A stretch of DNA of 63,055 bases, filler included, from Limisphaerales bacterium (GTDB taxonomy: Bacteria > Verrucomicrobiota > Verrucomicrobiia > Limisphaerales > SIBE01), in the NCBI GenBank assembly GCA_044225505.1. It is 10 parts of 10 records of this genome, joined end to end, with 100 filler letters (N's around TTAATTAATTAA, not from the genome) between each part and the next. Parts side by side here need not be neighbours in the genome. Positions count along the whole stretch, not along the records: positions 1 to 6,862 come from JBGAIN010000282.1; positions 6,963 to 13,380 come from JBGAIN010000284.1; 8 more parts are not named here. One strand, 5' to 3'. Below, piece after piece: positions 1 to 9,904 of the stretch. Under the pieces are notes generated by a model that saw nothing but the letters and a program-made list of their open reading frames with translations, was not told where the DNA came from and did no database searches. Made by a program: the position numbers and the translations under genes. The stretch's first letter is position 1. Every line of letters begins with the position of its first letter.

Positions 1-130
1 TGGCGCCTAGAGCAGCCGCTACCTTCGGATAGTGCGCTTCCCACCAGTGCCGGTGCACATAAGGCATCAGCGCTATCGCCAAAAGCATCAAACCAAACGG
101 AAGGAGTATCGCTGGATGTGGCTCTGTCAT
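1..130 (-). CDS. Sodium:proton antiporter / CitMHS-like membrane transporter, N-terminal part (runs off the window)
   Basis: Manual translation from ATG at 130: MTEPHPAILLPFGLMLLAIALMPYVHRHWWEAHYPKVAAALGA; hydrophobic helix followed by HWW..YPKV, typical of this family. Not in the ORF track. Confidence 0.6.
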   Translation of the reverse strand, partial: MTEPHPAILLPFGLMLLAIALMPYVHRHWWEAHYPKVAAALGA

Positions 131-177
131 CGTCTCTCGCTCAGACAGGAGGGGAGGTTAGAGTGAATTCAGGTCCG

Positions 178-1650
178 TCACCCAACACTGGCGCAACGTC
201 TCTCATGTTCGGCCGAAACACCAAACTGGCTGGTCCAGGAAGGGGCATCCAGCGCAGCACGAACTTTCGGCAGGCTCTTAGGATGCTTTTCCTGGAGCAA
301 GAGCAGCAGCTTTTCCCTGATTTCGCATCGAAGATTCCAGGATTTCGACGCATCTGCCGCGGTTGCCAACACCCGCAGCTGCATGGCGCGGTCGGTTGTG
401 TCGGTCACCTGCAAGTTCCAGAACCGCCGATCCCAATCGGGGCACTTCTCCACTATTTCTTGAACGGCTGGGCGCAATTCCGAAATAGGCACAGTGAAGT
501 CCGCCCAAACGAAGACTGAGCCGAGGATGTCCGCCGATACTCTGGTCCAGTTCTGAAATGGCTTTTCAATGAAGTAGCTCAGCGGCACGATGAGTCGGCG
601 GTCGTCCCAGATCTTCACGACGACATACGTTAAGGTGATTTCTTCGATCCGGCCCCATTCATTCTCGACAATGACGACGTCATCGATTCGAATTGGCTGC
701 GTCATGGCCAGTTGGAAACCGGCAAAGAGATTGGCAATGGTCCGCTGGGCCGCAAAGCCGACGATGATGCCGATCACGCCGGCAGAAGCCAAAATACTCG
801 TGCCAAACTGTCGTACCTCCTCAAACAGCATGAGTACTGACGCAATCGTGAAAATGCCAATGATGACGTAAAGCGTTTTGCTGAGGACGTGGACTTGCGT
901 GTAGACCTTCCGCGCTTGGAGGTTATCTGCAGCCGTGATATCGAATCTGGCGAGGACCGCCCTTTCCACCAGATGGACGCCTTGGAAGAGAATCCAGCCC
1001 ACCGCTCCGATGATGAGAATGCTGCTCCCCTTGGCCACTACGCCCTCATAAGCGGGGGGCAAACCAATCACCGGGAGCGCCAGGATCAGCCCGACCACAG
1101 GGACAAGGACACGAAGCGTGCGACCCAATAGCGGCACCACCAAATCGTCTAAACGGCTTGCGGTCCTGCTGGCCCAGATTTTGAGACGCTCTTCTATCAC
1201 ATGCGTTAGACGGATAGAAAACCAGAGCAGCACCACGAACACGCCGAGGTCAAAGGCTTTGTCGAAAAGCTGCCTCACTGAGTTAACCTCTTCCGCTGCG
1301 GGCAATTTCTGCAGCACGGGAGTCATGGCGAAATAGCTACCGTAAATCCAGATCAACAAGTAAAGAGGCCGGCCGATTGTTCGCCAGATCTGTCTGCGCC
1401 ATCCATTGGATTCGGGCTCGGCTTCGGCTTGCCGTATCCTGCTCTTCAGAAAAGAGGCTGCCAGCCCATTCACCAACAAGACAATTACGACAAAACAGAT
1501 TAGTGCGCCGAGATCCACCCAGGTCACTGGGCCGAAAACCCGGCCATGCACGCCGGCACCAAAGAGTTGCTCCATCAGAGCGCCAATTACGGAGGTAAAT
1601 CGCGAGGCCAGGAGGTCCAGAAGATCTTTGCCCGTCATGTTGGATTTCAT
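178..1650 (-). CDS. mscS: Small-conductance mechanosensitive channel (MscS family)
   Basis: Several TM helices, then SAGVIGIIVGFAAQRTIANLFAGFQLAMTQPIRIDDVV..WGRIEEITLTY, the MscS core. Confidence 0.9.
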   Translation of the reverse strand: MKSNMTGKDLLDLLASRFTSVIGALMEQLFGAGVHGRVFGPVTWVDLGALICFVVIVLLVNGLAASFLKSRIRQAEAEPESNGWRRQIWRTIGRPLYLLIWIYGSYFAMTPVLQKLPAAEEVNSVRQLFDKAFDLGVFVVLLWFSIRLTHVIEERLKIWASRTASRLDDLVVPLLGRTLRVLVPVVGLILALPVIGLPPAYEGVVAKGSSILIIGAVGWILFQGVHLVERAVLARFDITAADNLQARKVYTQVHVLSKTLYVIIGIFTIASVLMLFEEVRQFGTSILASAGVIGIIVGFAAQRTIANLFAGFQLAMTQPIRIDDVVIVENEWGRIEEITLTYVVVKIWDDRRLIVPLSYFIEKPFQNWTRVSADILGSVFVWADFTVPISELRPAVQEIVEKCPDWDRRFWNLQVTDTTDRAMQLRVLATAADASKSWNLRCEIREKLLLLLQEKHPKSLPKVRAALDAPSWTSQFGVSAEHERRCASVG

Positions 1651-1680
1651 ATTTTAGTTCTATAGAGTCACAGCTGACCG

Positions 1681-4284
1681 CTATCGCGCTGGCGCCAGTT
1701 CCAGCAAAGCCACAGGAAAGTCAAACAGCACCTCGGCGATGCGAAGAGCACAGTTGGGTCCGTCAGCCTGTACGACCAGGCGACGGTCCGTGAAAACGCT
1801 TCGATACTCGCGACCGGCCTGTGCCTTTGGCAAAACCACCAGTGTATTCTCCCAAACGCTTTCGCCTAAGGGCCAGGGCTCGCCGAGGGCGAACAGCGGC
1901 ACGATCAGTCGAGGGACTGCCGTGATTGCTATTGTCTGGTCCACGATCCGTGCAAATGCGCAGATATGCGCGGCGTGTCCCCCCTTCGTTAGAAGCGGAA
2001 CGTATTTTCCCAAGCGGAAGAGCGGCTCCTGCTCGTGCCGGAATCGCAGTGCCTGGTAGATGAGAAACTGTTTTAAGCTTCCATCGTGCGGACTCTTCAA
2101 AAGTTCACTGGCCAATCGCAAGGGGCCTTCTTTGGCCAGCCGTTGCTGCAACCGATCCAGTGCTTCCTTTCGTCGCGTAAAATCAACCGGTCTTCGGTTG
2201 TCCGGGTCAACCAGACTGAAATCCCAAAACTCGGTGCCTTGATAAATATCGGGCAGGCCGGGAACCGTAACCTTCAGGAGAGTCTGCGCCATGGAATTGC
2301 AATAGCCGGGGAGAATTAAAGGTGCGACGAACTGGTTCACCTCCTCGATAAAGCGATCGTCACTCAGTGTGGCGGTGACAAATTGGGAGAGCGCATCCTC
2401 ATACTCCGCGTTGGGATCGGTCCAATTGGTGTGGACCTTCGCTTCACGAGCCGCCTTTTGCATAAAGGCCTTAGCGCGTTCAGCGGGAAGTGGCCAGGCG
2501 CCGACGAGCGTCTGGTAAAAGAGATACTCGAGATTGCGATCGGGCCAGTCTTTGCGCCGATGGCTCTCGTTTATTGTTGACCATCTTTCCACAGCGGCAC
2601 TCCAACTCGGCGCAAGCTCGGATAACAGCGCCAATCGCGCGCGCACATCTTCACTACGCTTGGTGTCGTGAGTGGAGGTAGCCAGCATTGTCTGAGGCCA
2701 TTGCCCCTCGGTCCGCATGCACCAACCATGGAACTCTTCGACGTCCGTCCCACAGTTAGCCGGATTTCCGCCAACCTCATTGAGCGCAATCAACCGATTG
2801 AAGCAATAGAATGCGGTGTCCTCCGCACCTTTGGCCATGACCGGTCCCGTGAGCTGCTGGAATCGCATCACAAATTCCGCCGCGGCCGGTGCCTGCGGGC
2901 GCAAAACCAACGAATCAACAAGGAACGGGAAGACGCTCTCAAGCAGGTCTGGGCGGCAACGCCCGGCCTTCGTGGCCGCCACGTTGATAGCTTGGACGTC
3001 GGCCTCAGTCGCTTGGCCCTGTGGTGCTCGAATGTAGGTGCGGTAAAGCGGGAAATAGGCAATCAGCTCCGTAATCCCCGCTTCCAGCAACTCGTCTGCG
3101 AACACGAGGCGCTTGCCCATCCCGTCGGCCGCCGCTTGGGCCAATCGGACCAAAAACTTCACCTCCGCGACCAGTTGATGCCGCAAGACCCAGCGCTTCT
3201 TCTCGAGAAGCAGACTCTCATACTCGTTCGCTTGTCCGGTGAACCCCGCGTAGAGCTCCGTTAAAGGTTTCTCACCGGCCCGGTCGACGAAGAGCTGCAG
3301 AGCCTGATTCAGAAAATCGTAGCCTGTGGTGCCCGCGACCGGCCAGCTCCGTGGCAGCTCTTCTCTGTCGGCAAGGATCTTTTCCACCGCGATCCAGGCA
3401 CTCGGTGCGGCTTGGCGCAATCTATGCAGGTATTGTTCCGGATCCCGCAGGCCATCGGGGTGATCTACACGAAGTCCATCGATCCAGCCCCGGTCACACC
3501 AGTCTATAATCCGCTCGTGGACGGCGGCAAAGACTTGGGGATCCTCCACGCGGAGCCCTGCCAGAGTCGTGATAGTGAAGAAGCGGCGGTAATTGAGTTC
3601 GGTGTCTCCGCAGCGCCAATCAGCCAAGCGGTAATGCTGCCGTTGAAGCAATTCGTCAAGCAAACGGCGATTGGTATTCAATTGCGTCAAAACGTCGTCC
3701 TCTGACCGCGGCCGGATCGGAATCGATTCTGGGTCAATCGGAAACAAATGTTTGAAGTATCGTAGGATGACCTCAGACCCTCCGGATTTAACTTGCAGTT
3801 CCTGACGTGCCAGAACGTTCTGATACTCATCGGCTAGTATTGGCAAGAGCACTTTACCCTTTAAGCACGGGCTTGGTGAATCCCAATCAACGTCGAAAAA
3901 ATGGGCATATCGGCTGTTCTGGCCCCGCTTGAGCACGTCCCACCACCAGGCATTTTCAGGCCCTTTGATGCCCATGTGGTTTGGGACAATATCGAGGACC
4001 AGTCCCATGCCGTGTTGCCGGAGTGCGAACACGAACTCATCCAACTGTTCCTCTGTCCCAATCTCAGGATTGATTCGGGAAGGATCACAACCGTCGTATC
4101 CATGCGCACTTCCACGAAGAGCTGTGAGGAGTGGAGACGCGTAGACATGACTTATCCCCAGTCGCGCAAGGTAAGGCACCAAGTCCAACGCGTGGGTCAG
4201 GGTGAATCCGGAATTAAACTGCAGCCGGTATGTCCCGCGAACATGCAGCCGGGACGCGGCGGGGTTGCTCTGGTCATCGGTCAT
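1681..4284 (-). CDS. treY: Malto-oligosyltrehalose synthase (GH13)
   Basis: TYRLQF, HGYD, LDIVPNHM, GLRVDHPDGL, VEKIL, STHDTKRSED, SLVDPDNRRPVD motifs. ATG at 4284 overlaps the upstream stop (ATGA). Confidence 0.93.
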   Translation of the reverse strand: MTDDQSNPAASRLHVRGTYRLQFNSGFTLTHALDLVPYLARLGISHVYASPLLTALRGSAHGYDGCDPSRINPEIGTEEQLDEFVFALRQHGMGLVLDIVPNHMGIKGPENAWWWDVLKRGQNSRYAHFFDVDWDSPSPCLKGKVLLPILADEYQNVLARQELQVKSGGSEVILRYFKHLFPIDPESIPIRPRSEDDVLTQLNTNRRLLDELLQRQHYRLADWRCGDTELNYRRFFTITTLAGLRVEDPQVFAAVHERIIDWCDRGWIDGLRVDHPDGLRDPEQYLHRLRQAAPSAWIAVEKILADREELPRSWPVAGTTGYDFLNQALQLFVDRAGEKPLTELYAGFTGQANEYESLLLEKKRWVLRHQLVAEVKFLVRLAQAAADGMGKRLVFADELLEAGITELIAYFPLYRTYIRAPQGQATEADVQAINVAATKAGRCRPDLLESVFPFLVDSLVLRPQAPAAAEFVMRFQQLTGPVMAKGAEDTAFYCFNRLIALNEVGGNPANCGTDVEEFHGWCMRTEGQWPQTMLATSTHDTKRSEDVRARLALLSELAPSWSAAVERWSTINESHRRKDWPDRNLEYLFYQTLVGAWPLPAERAKAFMQKAAREAKVHTNWTDPNAEYEDALSQFVTATLSDDRFIEEVNQFVAPLILPGYCNSMAQTLLKVTVPGLPDIYQGTEFWDFSLVDPDNRRPVDFTRRKEALDRLQQRLAKEGPLRLASELLKSPHDGSLKQFLIYQALRFRHEQEPLFRLGKYVPLLTKGGHAAHICAFARIVDQTIAITAVPRLIVPLFALGEPWPLGESVWENTLVVLPKAQAGREYRSVFTDRRLVVQADGPNCALRIAEVLFDFPVALLELAPAR

Positions 4285-6731
4285 GAAGCGCATTCGCCGG
4301 AGGTTGGCTCGATCCGGAAGCGGAGTTGGCTTCCGAGTTGCAGGAACTTGTCCAGCCAAATGATTGCAGCGTCGTCACCCTTGCGAGCACGTTCCCGAAC
4401 GCTTGGGAGCACATTATTCAACAATATCCAATACGTGTTCTGCGGCCGCCAAAGGTTGGCTTCAAACGGCAGCGCCGGAAGCAACTCCGCGGCCGTCAAG
4501 AAGCGCTCCAAGACAACCTGATCCTCTGGGCAATTGACGAGGTCATTGGCGCGCCCCTCCATTTGTCCCTTCATCGCATAGCCCAGGCCATCGACATCCA
4601 GGGGTACGTGGTTTCGTTGCGCCTCCTGCAACAGGCAACGCACGCGCTCAGCGTCAACGGCGTTGCCTTCCAACTGCGTGCGCAATTCGCTGTTTAAGAC
4701 CGATTGGAAAGCCATTTGCAGCGCAGGGGGCGCGGGAGCGGGCAAGTCGGCCAGAAATCGAAGCAATGGAGCATAGCGGTCAGTGATCAGACGATAGGTG
4801 CTATAAACATCCTCGTGAACGGCTGTGAGGATCTCACGCAACACCTTCCGCTGTTCGTCCTTGAATAGATGCCGGAGCGAGTAATTGGACTCCCCAAAGT
4901 GTCTGTCCATTAGACGAATAATGGCGGCGAAATCGGCTCGATCGAAGGCTTCTCTCATCTCCGCCACAAGCGACTGATATGCATCGGGTCCCTGATAGTG
5001 CCTTACACCGCAATTGAGATTATGCTCGCCGAGGTGAAGGACTCCATAGGTAATGATGTCGGAGTTGCAGGTAATTTCGAACGTGACTTTGACACGCCCG
5101 ACTACCAACCGCGCCTTGCCCGCGCTCCAGAGTTGGCGATCCTCTTGGCCGATCGTGAACGAATAAATGCGAGCCTGCTCAGCATAGGATTCGAAGAGCG
5201 AACTCACGGCGTAATGCGCCCCCACTTTCTCGCGGTCCATCACGGCAGGCTTGGCAAAACGCTCATAAATCTTTCGCCCGTCTCCGAACTCGCCAATATT
5301 GCTTCGCGCCGCAGCGAGGCGATCGAGAAAGCCCGATTCGAGGTCCGTGGCAAGGACGTTTTTGGCGAGTTGAAGGGCACGCGCGGCGTATTGAATCACC
5401 TGCACCGTCTCGATTCCAGAGAGCTCATCGAAGAACCAGCCGCAGCTGGTATACATGAGCATTGCGTGGCGCTGAAGTTCGAGAAGGCGCAATGCAGTGA
5501 CCTGCTCCGCTTCATTGAGTTGGCGACTGGCATGGCGCGCGAAAAACTGCGCTCGGTTTTCCGGCAGCCGATTGAGAATCACCGCGATGTAATTGTCCCG
5601 GGCCTGCCACGGTTTGTTCAGGAGCTCGCCCGCTTGCTTTTCGAACAAGGGAGCCAATTGGTCGCGGAGCCAATCGAGTGCATCACGCAACGGCTGGCGC
5701 CATTGTTGATTCCAGTTCGATCGGCCCCCGGAATTGCATCCGCAGTCCCGATACCAGCGACCCACACCGTGGCAGCAGCTCCAGGCGCTCGGTTGATGGA
5801 TCTGTGCTTCATGAGTCGGCGGATGGCTAGCCAGAAATTGGCCGTAGTTGGTGAGACGAGCAAGTTGCTTTGACTCGATGTGGTGCAAAGCATAGGCCAA
5901 TGCCATCTCGCCGTAGCGAAAATGATGTCCGTAGGACTCGCCATCGGTGGCGACGTGCACTAGTTGGTCGTGCTTGCGCCCGTCATCAAATGCGTCCGTG
6001 AGTCGGTGCGCGAAACGCTCTCCATTGGTCAGCAGCTGTTCAAAGGCGATCGCGCGGGAGATGGGTCCGTCATAAAAAAACACCGTGATCGATCGTCCCG
6101 AGGGTAACTTTACAACGTACGGTCGAGTGGGATCGAAACGCCCGCCATTGACATCACGCCATACTCCGCCGCGCAACGCTCGGACTCGGCTGGCCTGGAA
6201 CGGTGAAAGGATAGTGAAGCGAACGCCAAACTCAGCCAAGGCTTCGAGCGAGTCGTTGTCGGCCGCACATTCCGGGAGCCACATGCCTTCCGCCTTCCGG
6301 CCGAAACGATATTCGAAGTCCTGGAGGCCCCAAAGGACTTGGGTTCGCTTGTCGCGTTGATTGGCCAATGGCATGATCACGTGGTTGTAGCACTGGGCCA
6401 AAGCCGAACCGTGGCCGCCAAATCGCTGCCGACTTTCCTTGTCCGCCTCTATAATCGCCTGATGGATGTCGGGCGCCTTTTCCTTCATCCATGAGAGCAG
6501 CGTGGGACCGAAATTAAAACTGATCTTGTCGTAATTGCTGACTATCTGGCGAATACGACCCTCGCCATCGAGCAATCTTGCATGGGCGTTTGGGCCGTAG
6601 CACTCCGCCACAATGCGCTCGTTCCAATCATGAAACGGGTAAGCTGAGTCCTGGAGCTCCACCGCCTCGAGCCACGGATTCTCGCGCGGCGGCTGATAGA
6701 AGTGACCATGGACGCAGATGAATTTTTTCAT
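4281..6731 (-). CDS. GH57-family glycoside hydrolase with DUF3536
   Basis: ICVHGHFYQPPRENPW, GMWLPE, ATDGESYGHH, MYTSCGWFFD motifs; start reassigned to MKKF at 6731. Confidence 0.88.
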   Translation of the reverse strand: MKKFICVHGHFYQPPRENPWLEAVELQDSAYPFHDWNERIVAECYGPNAHARLLDGEGRIRQIVSNYDKISFNFGPTLLSWMKEKAPDIHQAIIEADKESRQRFGGHGSALAQCYNHVIMPLANQRDKRTQVLWGLQDFEYRFGRKAEGMWLPECAADNDSLEALAEFGVRFTILSPFQASRVRALRGGVWRDVNGGRFDPTRPYVVKLPSGRSITVFFYDGPISRAIAFEQLLTNGERFAHRLTDAFDDGRKHDQLVHVATDGESYGHHFRYGEMALAYALHHIESKQLARLTNYGQFLASHPPTHEAQIHQPSAWSCCHGVGRWYRDCGCNSGGRSNWNQQWRQPLRDALDWLRDQLAPLFEKQAGELLNKPWQARDNYIAVILNRLPENRAQFFARHASRQLNEAEQVTALRLLELQRHAMLMYTSCGWFFDELSGIETVQVIQYAARALQLAKNVLATDLESGFLDRLAAARSNIGEFGDGRKIYERFAKPAVMDREKVGAHYAVSSLFESYAEQARIYSFTIGQEDRQLWSAGKARLVVGRVKVTFEITCNSDIITYGVLHLGEHNLNCGVRHYQGPDAYQSLVAEMREAFDRADFAAIIRLMDRHFGESNYSLRHLFKDEQRKVLREILTAVHEDVYSTYRLITDRYAPLLRFLADLPAPAPPALQMAFQSVLNSELRTQLEGNAVDAERVRCLLQEAQRNHVPLDVDGLGYAMKGQMEGRANDLVNCPEDQVVLERFLTAAELLPALPFEANLWRPQNTYWILLNNVLPSVRERARKGDDAAIIWLDKFLQLGSQLRFRIEPTSGECAS

Positions 6732-6736
6732 GTTTA

Positions 6737-6862
6737 TCAGAGGCTTTTTACCCCATGGAACAGCACACAAGAGGTGGGTGCGATCGTCAGCACGATCCCT
6801 CCTGTAACCATCAATTGCGTGGGAGTTTCGCTGCCGGGACCACTCCAGCATAGGTCGGCCGA
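6737..6862 (-). CDS. treZ: C-terminal fragment, probably malto-oligosyltrehalose trehalohydrolase
   Basis: Manual translation SADLCWSGPGSETPTQLMVTGGIVLTIAPTSCVLFHGVKSL*; resembles the TreZ C-terminus and lies upstream of GH57/treY; truncated by the contig end. Confidence 0.5.
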   Translation of the reverse strand, partial: SADLCWSGPGSETPTQLMVTGGIVLTIAPTSCVLFHGVKSL

Positions 6863-6962
6863 NNNNNNNNNNNNNNNNNNNNNNNNNNNNNNNNNNNNNN
6901 NNNNNNTTAATTAATTAANNNNNNNNNNNNNNNNNNNNNNNNNNNNNNNNNNNNNNNNNNNN
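6863..6962. other. Artificial contig spacer
   Basis: N44-TTAATTAATTAA-N44, stops in all six frames. Confidence 0.99.
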
Positions 6963-7046
6963 CTTGCCGAGCGCGCCGACCATGTCCGCAAGGCCACCGG
7001 TTTTGGAGTAGGGAAAGACTTCGCTACTGGCGAGGAGGATGTTCAC
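6963..7046 (-). CDS. glgA: Glycogen synthase, N-terminal fragment
   Basis: GTG start overlapping the serS stop; NILLASSEVFPYSKTGGLADMVGALGK contains the KTGGL ADP-glucose motif. Confidence 0.85.
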
Positions 7047-8341
7047 CGAATGACTTCCGTTTTGAGATAGGGTTGAAGGGCTGCAGGAATTTTGATCGAA
7101 CCATCCGCTTGTTGATGCGTTTCGAGGAGCGCGACGAACAATCGAGCCAGCGCGGTCCCGCTTCCGTTGAGGATGTGCGGGAATCGATTTTCCCCGCCGG
7201 CAGTTTTGTAACGCATGTTCATGCGCCGCGCCTGGAAATCCTCGCAGTTGGAGCAGCTCGAAACTTCGAGGTATTGGTTCTGTCCCGGCGCCCAAACTTC
7301 GATGTCGTAAGTCTTGGCGCTGGCGAAACCCATATCGCCGGTGCAAAGCATGATCACGCGATAGTGCAATCCGAGTTGTTGCAGAACGGTCTCGGCGTTC
7401 GCCACCATCTTTTCGAGTTCGGCGTAGCCATCTTCCGGCTTCACCACCTTAATCAGTTCCACTTTGTCGAATTGATGGACGCGAATCATGCCGCGGGTGC
7501 CGACACCGGCCGCCCCTGCTTCGGCCCGGAAGCAAGGACTGTAAGCACAATAGAAAATCGGGAGCTGATCTTCGCGCAAAATTTCTTCGCGATGGATGTT
7601 CGCGACCGGTGCCTCCGCAGTGGGCAGAAGGTAAAGCTGCCCCGCCGTGTTGGTGTCGAGTCCTTCCTGCACGGCGTAGGCCTGGTCGACGAATTTTGGA
7701 AACTGGCCAACGCCCACCATGCAATGCCGGCCAATGATGTAAGGCGGCGCGACTTCGGTGTAGCCGTGCTGTGTGGAGTGAAGATCGAGCAGATACTGGA
7801 TCAGCGCGCGTTCCAGTTTCGCCCCCCAATTTGTGTAGAGCAAAAAGCCGCTTCCCGAGAGCTTCGCCCCGCGCGCGAAATCAACCAGCTTTAGCGATTC
7901 GCAAAGTTCAATATGGTTCTTCGGCTTGAAGGAAAACTGTGCGGCCTGGCCCCAACGCCGGATTTCTGGATTGTCCTCTGCGGTTTTGCCGACGGGCACG
8001 GAAGGGTGAGGAATGTTTGGGATCCGAAGCAGCACCTCGTCGCGGGCGTTATCCGCCGCAGTGACGGCTTTGTCCATCTCTGCGATGGTGTCACCAATCT
8101 TCCGTGTTTCAGCTTTCTTTGCTTCCGCTTCGTCCGCTTTCTTTTGCGCCATCAAAGCGCCGATTTCTTTCGAGACGCGGTTTCGCTCGGATTTCAGCGC
8201 TTCCACCTCCGTCAGAATGGATCGCCGCATCTTATCGAGATCAAGCAACTCATCAATTTTGGCTTCATCTCCGCCGCCGCGTGCAGCTAATCGTTCCCGC
8301 ACTTGGGCGGTATTCTCCCTCACCAGCCGAATGTCCAGCAT
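7043..8341 (-). CDS. serS: Serine--tRNA ligase
   Basis: MLDIRLVREN start, coiled-coil arm, LLPTAE, FRAEAG..RGMIRVHQFDKVE, EVSSCSN, LNGSG. Confidence 0.97.
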   Translation of the reverse strand: MLDIRLVRENTAQVRERLAARGGGDEAKIDELLDLDKMRRSILTEVEALKSERNRVSKEIGALMAQKKADEAEAKKAETRKIGDTIAEMDKAVTAADNARDEVLLRIPNIPHPSVPVGKTAEDNPEIRRWGQAAQFSFKPKNHIELCESLKLVDFARGAKLSGSGFLLYTNWGAKLERALIQYLLDLHSTQHGYTEVAPPYIIGRHCMVGVGQFPKFVDQAYAVQEGLDTNTAGQLYLLPTAEAPVANIHREEILREDQLPIFYCAYSPCFRAEAGAAGVGTRGMIRVHQFDKVELIKVVKPEDGYAELEKMVANAETVLQQLGLHYRVIMLCTGDMGFASAKTYDIEVWAPGQNQYLEVSSCSNCEDFQARRMNMRYKTAGGENRFPHILNGSGTALARLFVALLETHQQADGSIKIPAALQPYLKTEVIR

Positions 8342-8458
8342 CGGCGTAGTATGGAAAATGACCGCCCTGTGAGCAAGCGGGACCATTTTGGCGGCACCAG
8401 CCCAGATTTCCCATAACTTTCGCCGGCCAATCCTTTTTCCAGAGGTGGAGACACGTAT

Positions 8459-9898
8459 ATGAATGCGAACGAAAGATGGGAAAAGATACAAAAGGCGCCC
8501 CTCATCAGTCCTGCGGACGACGAACTCTTTATCCGCAAGTTAGCGAGGCAAAATGGCTGGTCCCGAAGCTTCGCTGAACGCTCCATTCAAGAGTACCGGC
8601 GCTTCCTGTTTCTCGCGGCGGAATCAGGACATTCGGTTTCGCCTCCGGACGCCGTAGACCAGGTGTGGCACCTGCATCTGACTTACACGCACGCTTACTG
8701 GAAGGTGTTCTGCCCCGAAGTGCTGGGGCAGGCGTTGCACCACTGGCCACGCCAGGGCGGCAAGACGGAGGCAGCAAAGTTTCACGACTGGTACGAGCAG
8801 ACCCTCGAAAGTTATCGGCAGTGGTTTGGGAATGAACCAACCGATGTCTGGCCGGACGCCGGACGCAAAGCCCGCGAAGACCGTCAGGTCCATCGGCGTG
8901 TCGATCTTGGGCGATATTGGCTGATCCCAAAGCCGCTAAACCTTCTGGCCCGAGCCCGGATCGCGCTCCTGACCATTCCATTGCTGGTTGCGCTCGGTTG
9001 TTCCTCACTGCCGGTCCAGCCGCCCGATTGGAATGTCGATGGACCGACCTTCCTGGTGATTTACCTGGGCCTCCTCACTGTGACGGTGACCGCCTCATTG
9101 GTCGCGAGAAAGGTTCTCTCGCGAGGTGGGAACGTATCCCGATCAGGGAAAAATCTGAGACTCTACGAAGTAGCGTTTCTCGCCGGTGGCGCGCGACGAG
9201 TGCTCCAATCGATGCTCGTTCGGTTGCACGAAGCAGGAGTCGTCACTTTGGATGACAAGGGTAAAGTCCACGCGGCAGAGAAGCTCCTGAGCCCGGTCGA
9301 TCCGATGGAAACCACAGTGCGCGACAGTCTGGAGGCGCGAGCAAAGACCTGGGCAGACCTGCGCGCGGAAATTGCGGATAGTTTGGCCGAGACACAGGCG
9401 AAATTAATCGAGGCCGGTCTTTTGGTGCCGGATGCCGATGCCTTCCGCGCACGATTCATCTCCACGCTTCTGATGGGGGGCGTGTTGCTGATCGGCGGAT
9501 TACGAGTCTGGCACGCCCTCGATGTAAGTCGCCCGTTCGGGTTCCTTCTGGTTCTGATGCTCGTTGCACTCGTGGCAATGCTCGTCATGCTGCGGCGCCC
9601 CTTCCGCACCGCCGCAGGAGACGCGGCGCTGGAACGGGCACGAGGGGTCCCGACGGAAGATGCTGTTCGAGAATTGGAGGCTCCTGGCGTCTTTGGAGCG
9701 CACTCTGCCCTCGCGGTCAGTTTGTTCGGGGTGGCTGTCCTCGCCGGAACGCCCCTGGAAAAACTGCAGAAGCAACTCGGAGTCGATAACTCGGCCGCCG
9801 GCTGGGCCGGTTCCGGGAGTTCATGCGGAGGCGGTGGCGGAGGGGGATGCGGTGGAGGAGGCTGTGGAGGCGGTTGTGGTGGGTGTGGTGGAGGTTAG
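8459..9898 (+). CDS. TIGR04222-type membrane protein with N-terminal glycine-rich-domain-protein (DUF1399-like) region and Cys/Gly-rich tail
   Basis: EYRRFLFL..PPDAVDQVWHLH, GPTFLVIY, LYEVAFLAGG, and C-terminal SSCGGGGGGGCGGGGCGGGCGGCGGG. Confidence 0.8.
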   Translation: MNANERWEKIQKAPLISPADDELFIRKLARQNGWSRSFAERSIQEYRRFLFLAAESGHSVSPPDAVDQVWHLHLTYTHAYWKVFCPEVLGQALHHWPRQGGKTEAAKFHDWYEQTLESYRQWFGNEPTDVWPDAGRKAREDRQVHRRVDLGRYWLIPKPLNLLARARIALLTIPLLVALGCSSLPVQPPDWNVDGPTFLVIYLGLLTVTVTASLVARKVLSRGGNVSRSGKNLRLYEVAFLAGGARRVLQSMLVRLHEAGVVTLDDKGKVHAAEKLLSPVDPMETTVRDSLEARAKTWADLRAEIADSLAETQAKLIEAGLLVPDADAFRARFISTLLMGGVLLIGGLRVWHALDVSRPFGFLLVLMLVALVAMLVMLRRPFRTAAGDAALERARGVPTEDAVRELEAPGVFGAHSALAVSLFGVAVLAGTPLEKLQKQLGVDNSAAGWAGSGSSCGGGGGGGCGGGGCGGGCGGCGGG

Positions 9899-9904
9899 AT
9901 CCGC

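Noticed and set aside
1681..7046. Apparent glycogen/trehalose supercluster (glgA next to treZ-GH57-treY)
   Set aside because: glgA is on a different contig; the adjacency comes from length-sorted concatenation across an artificial spacer.
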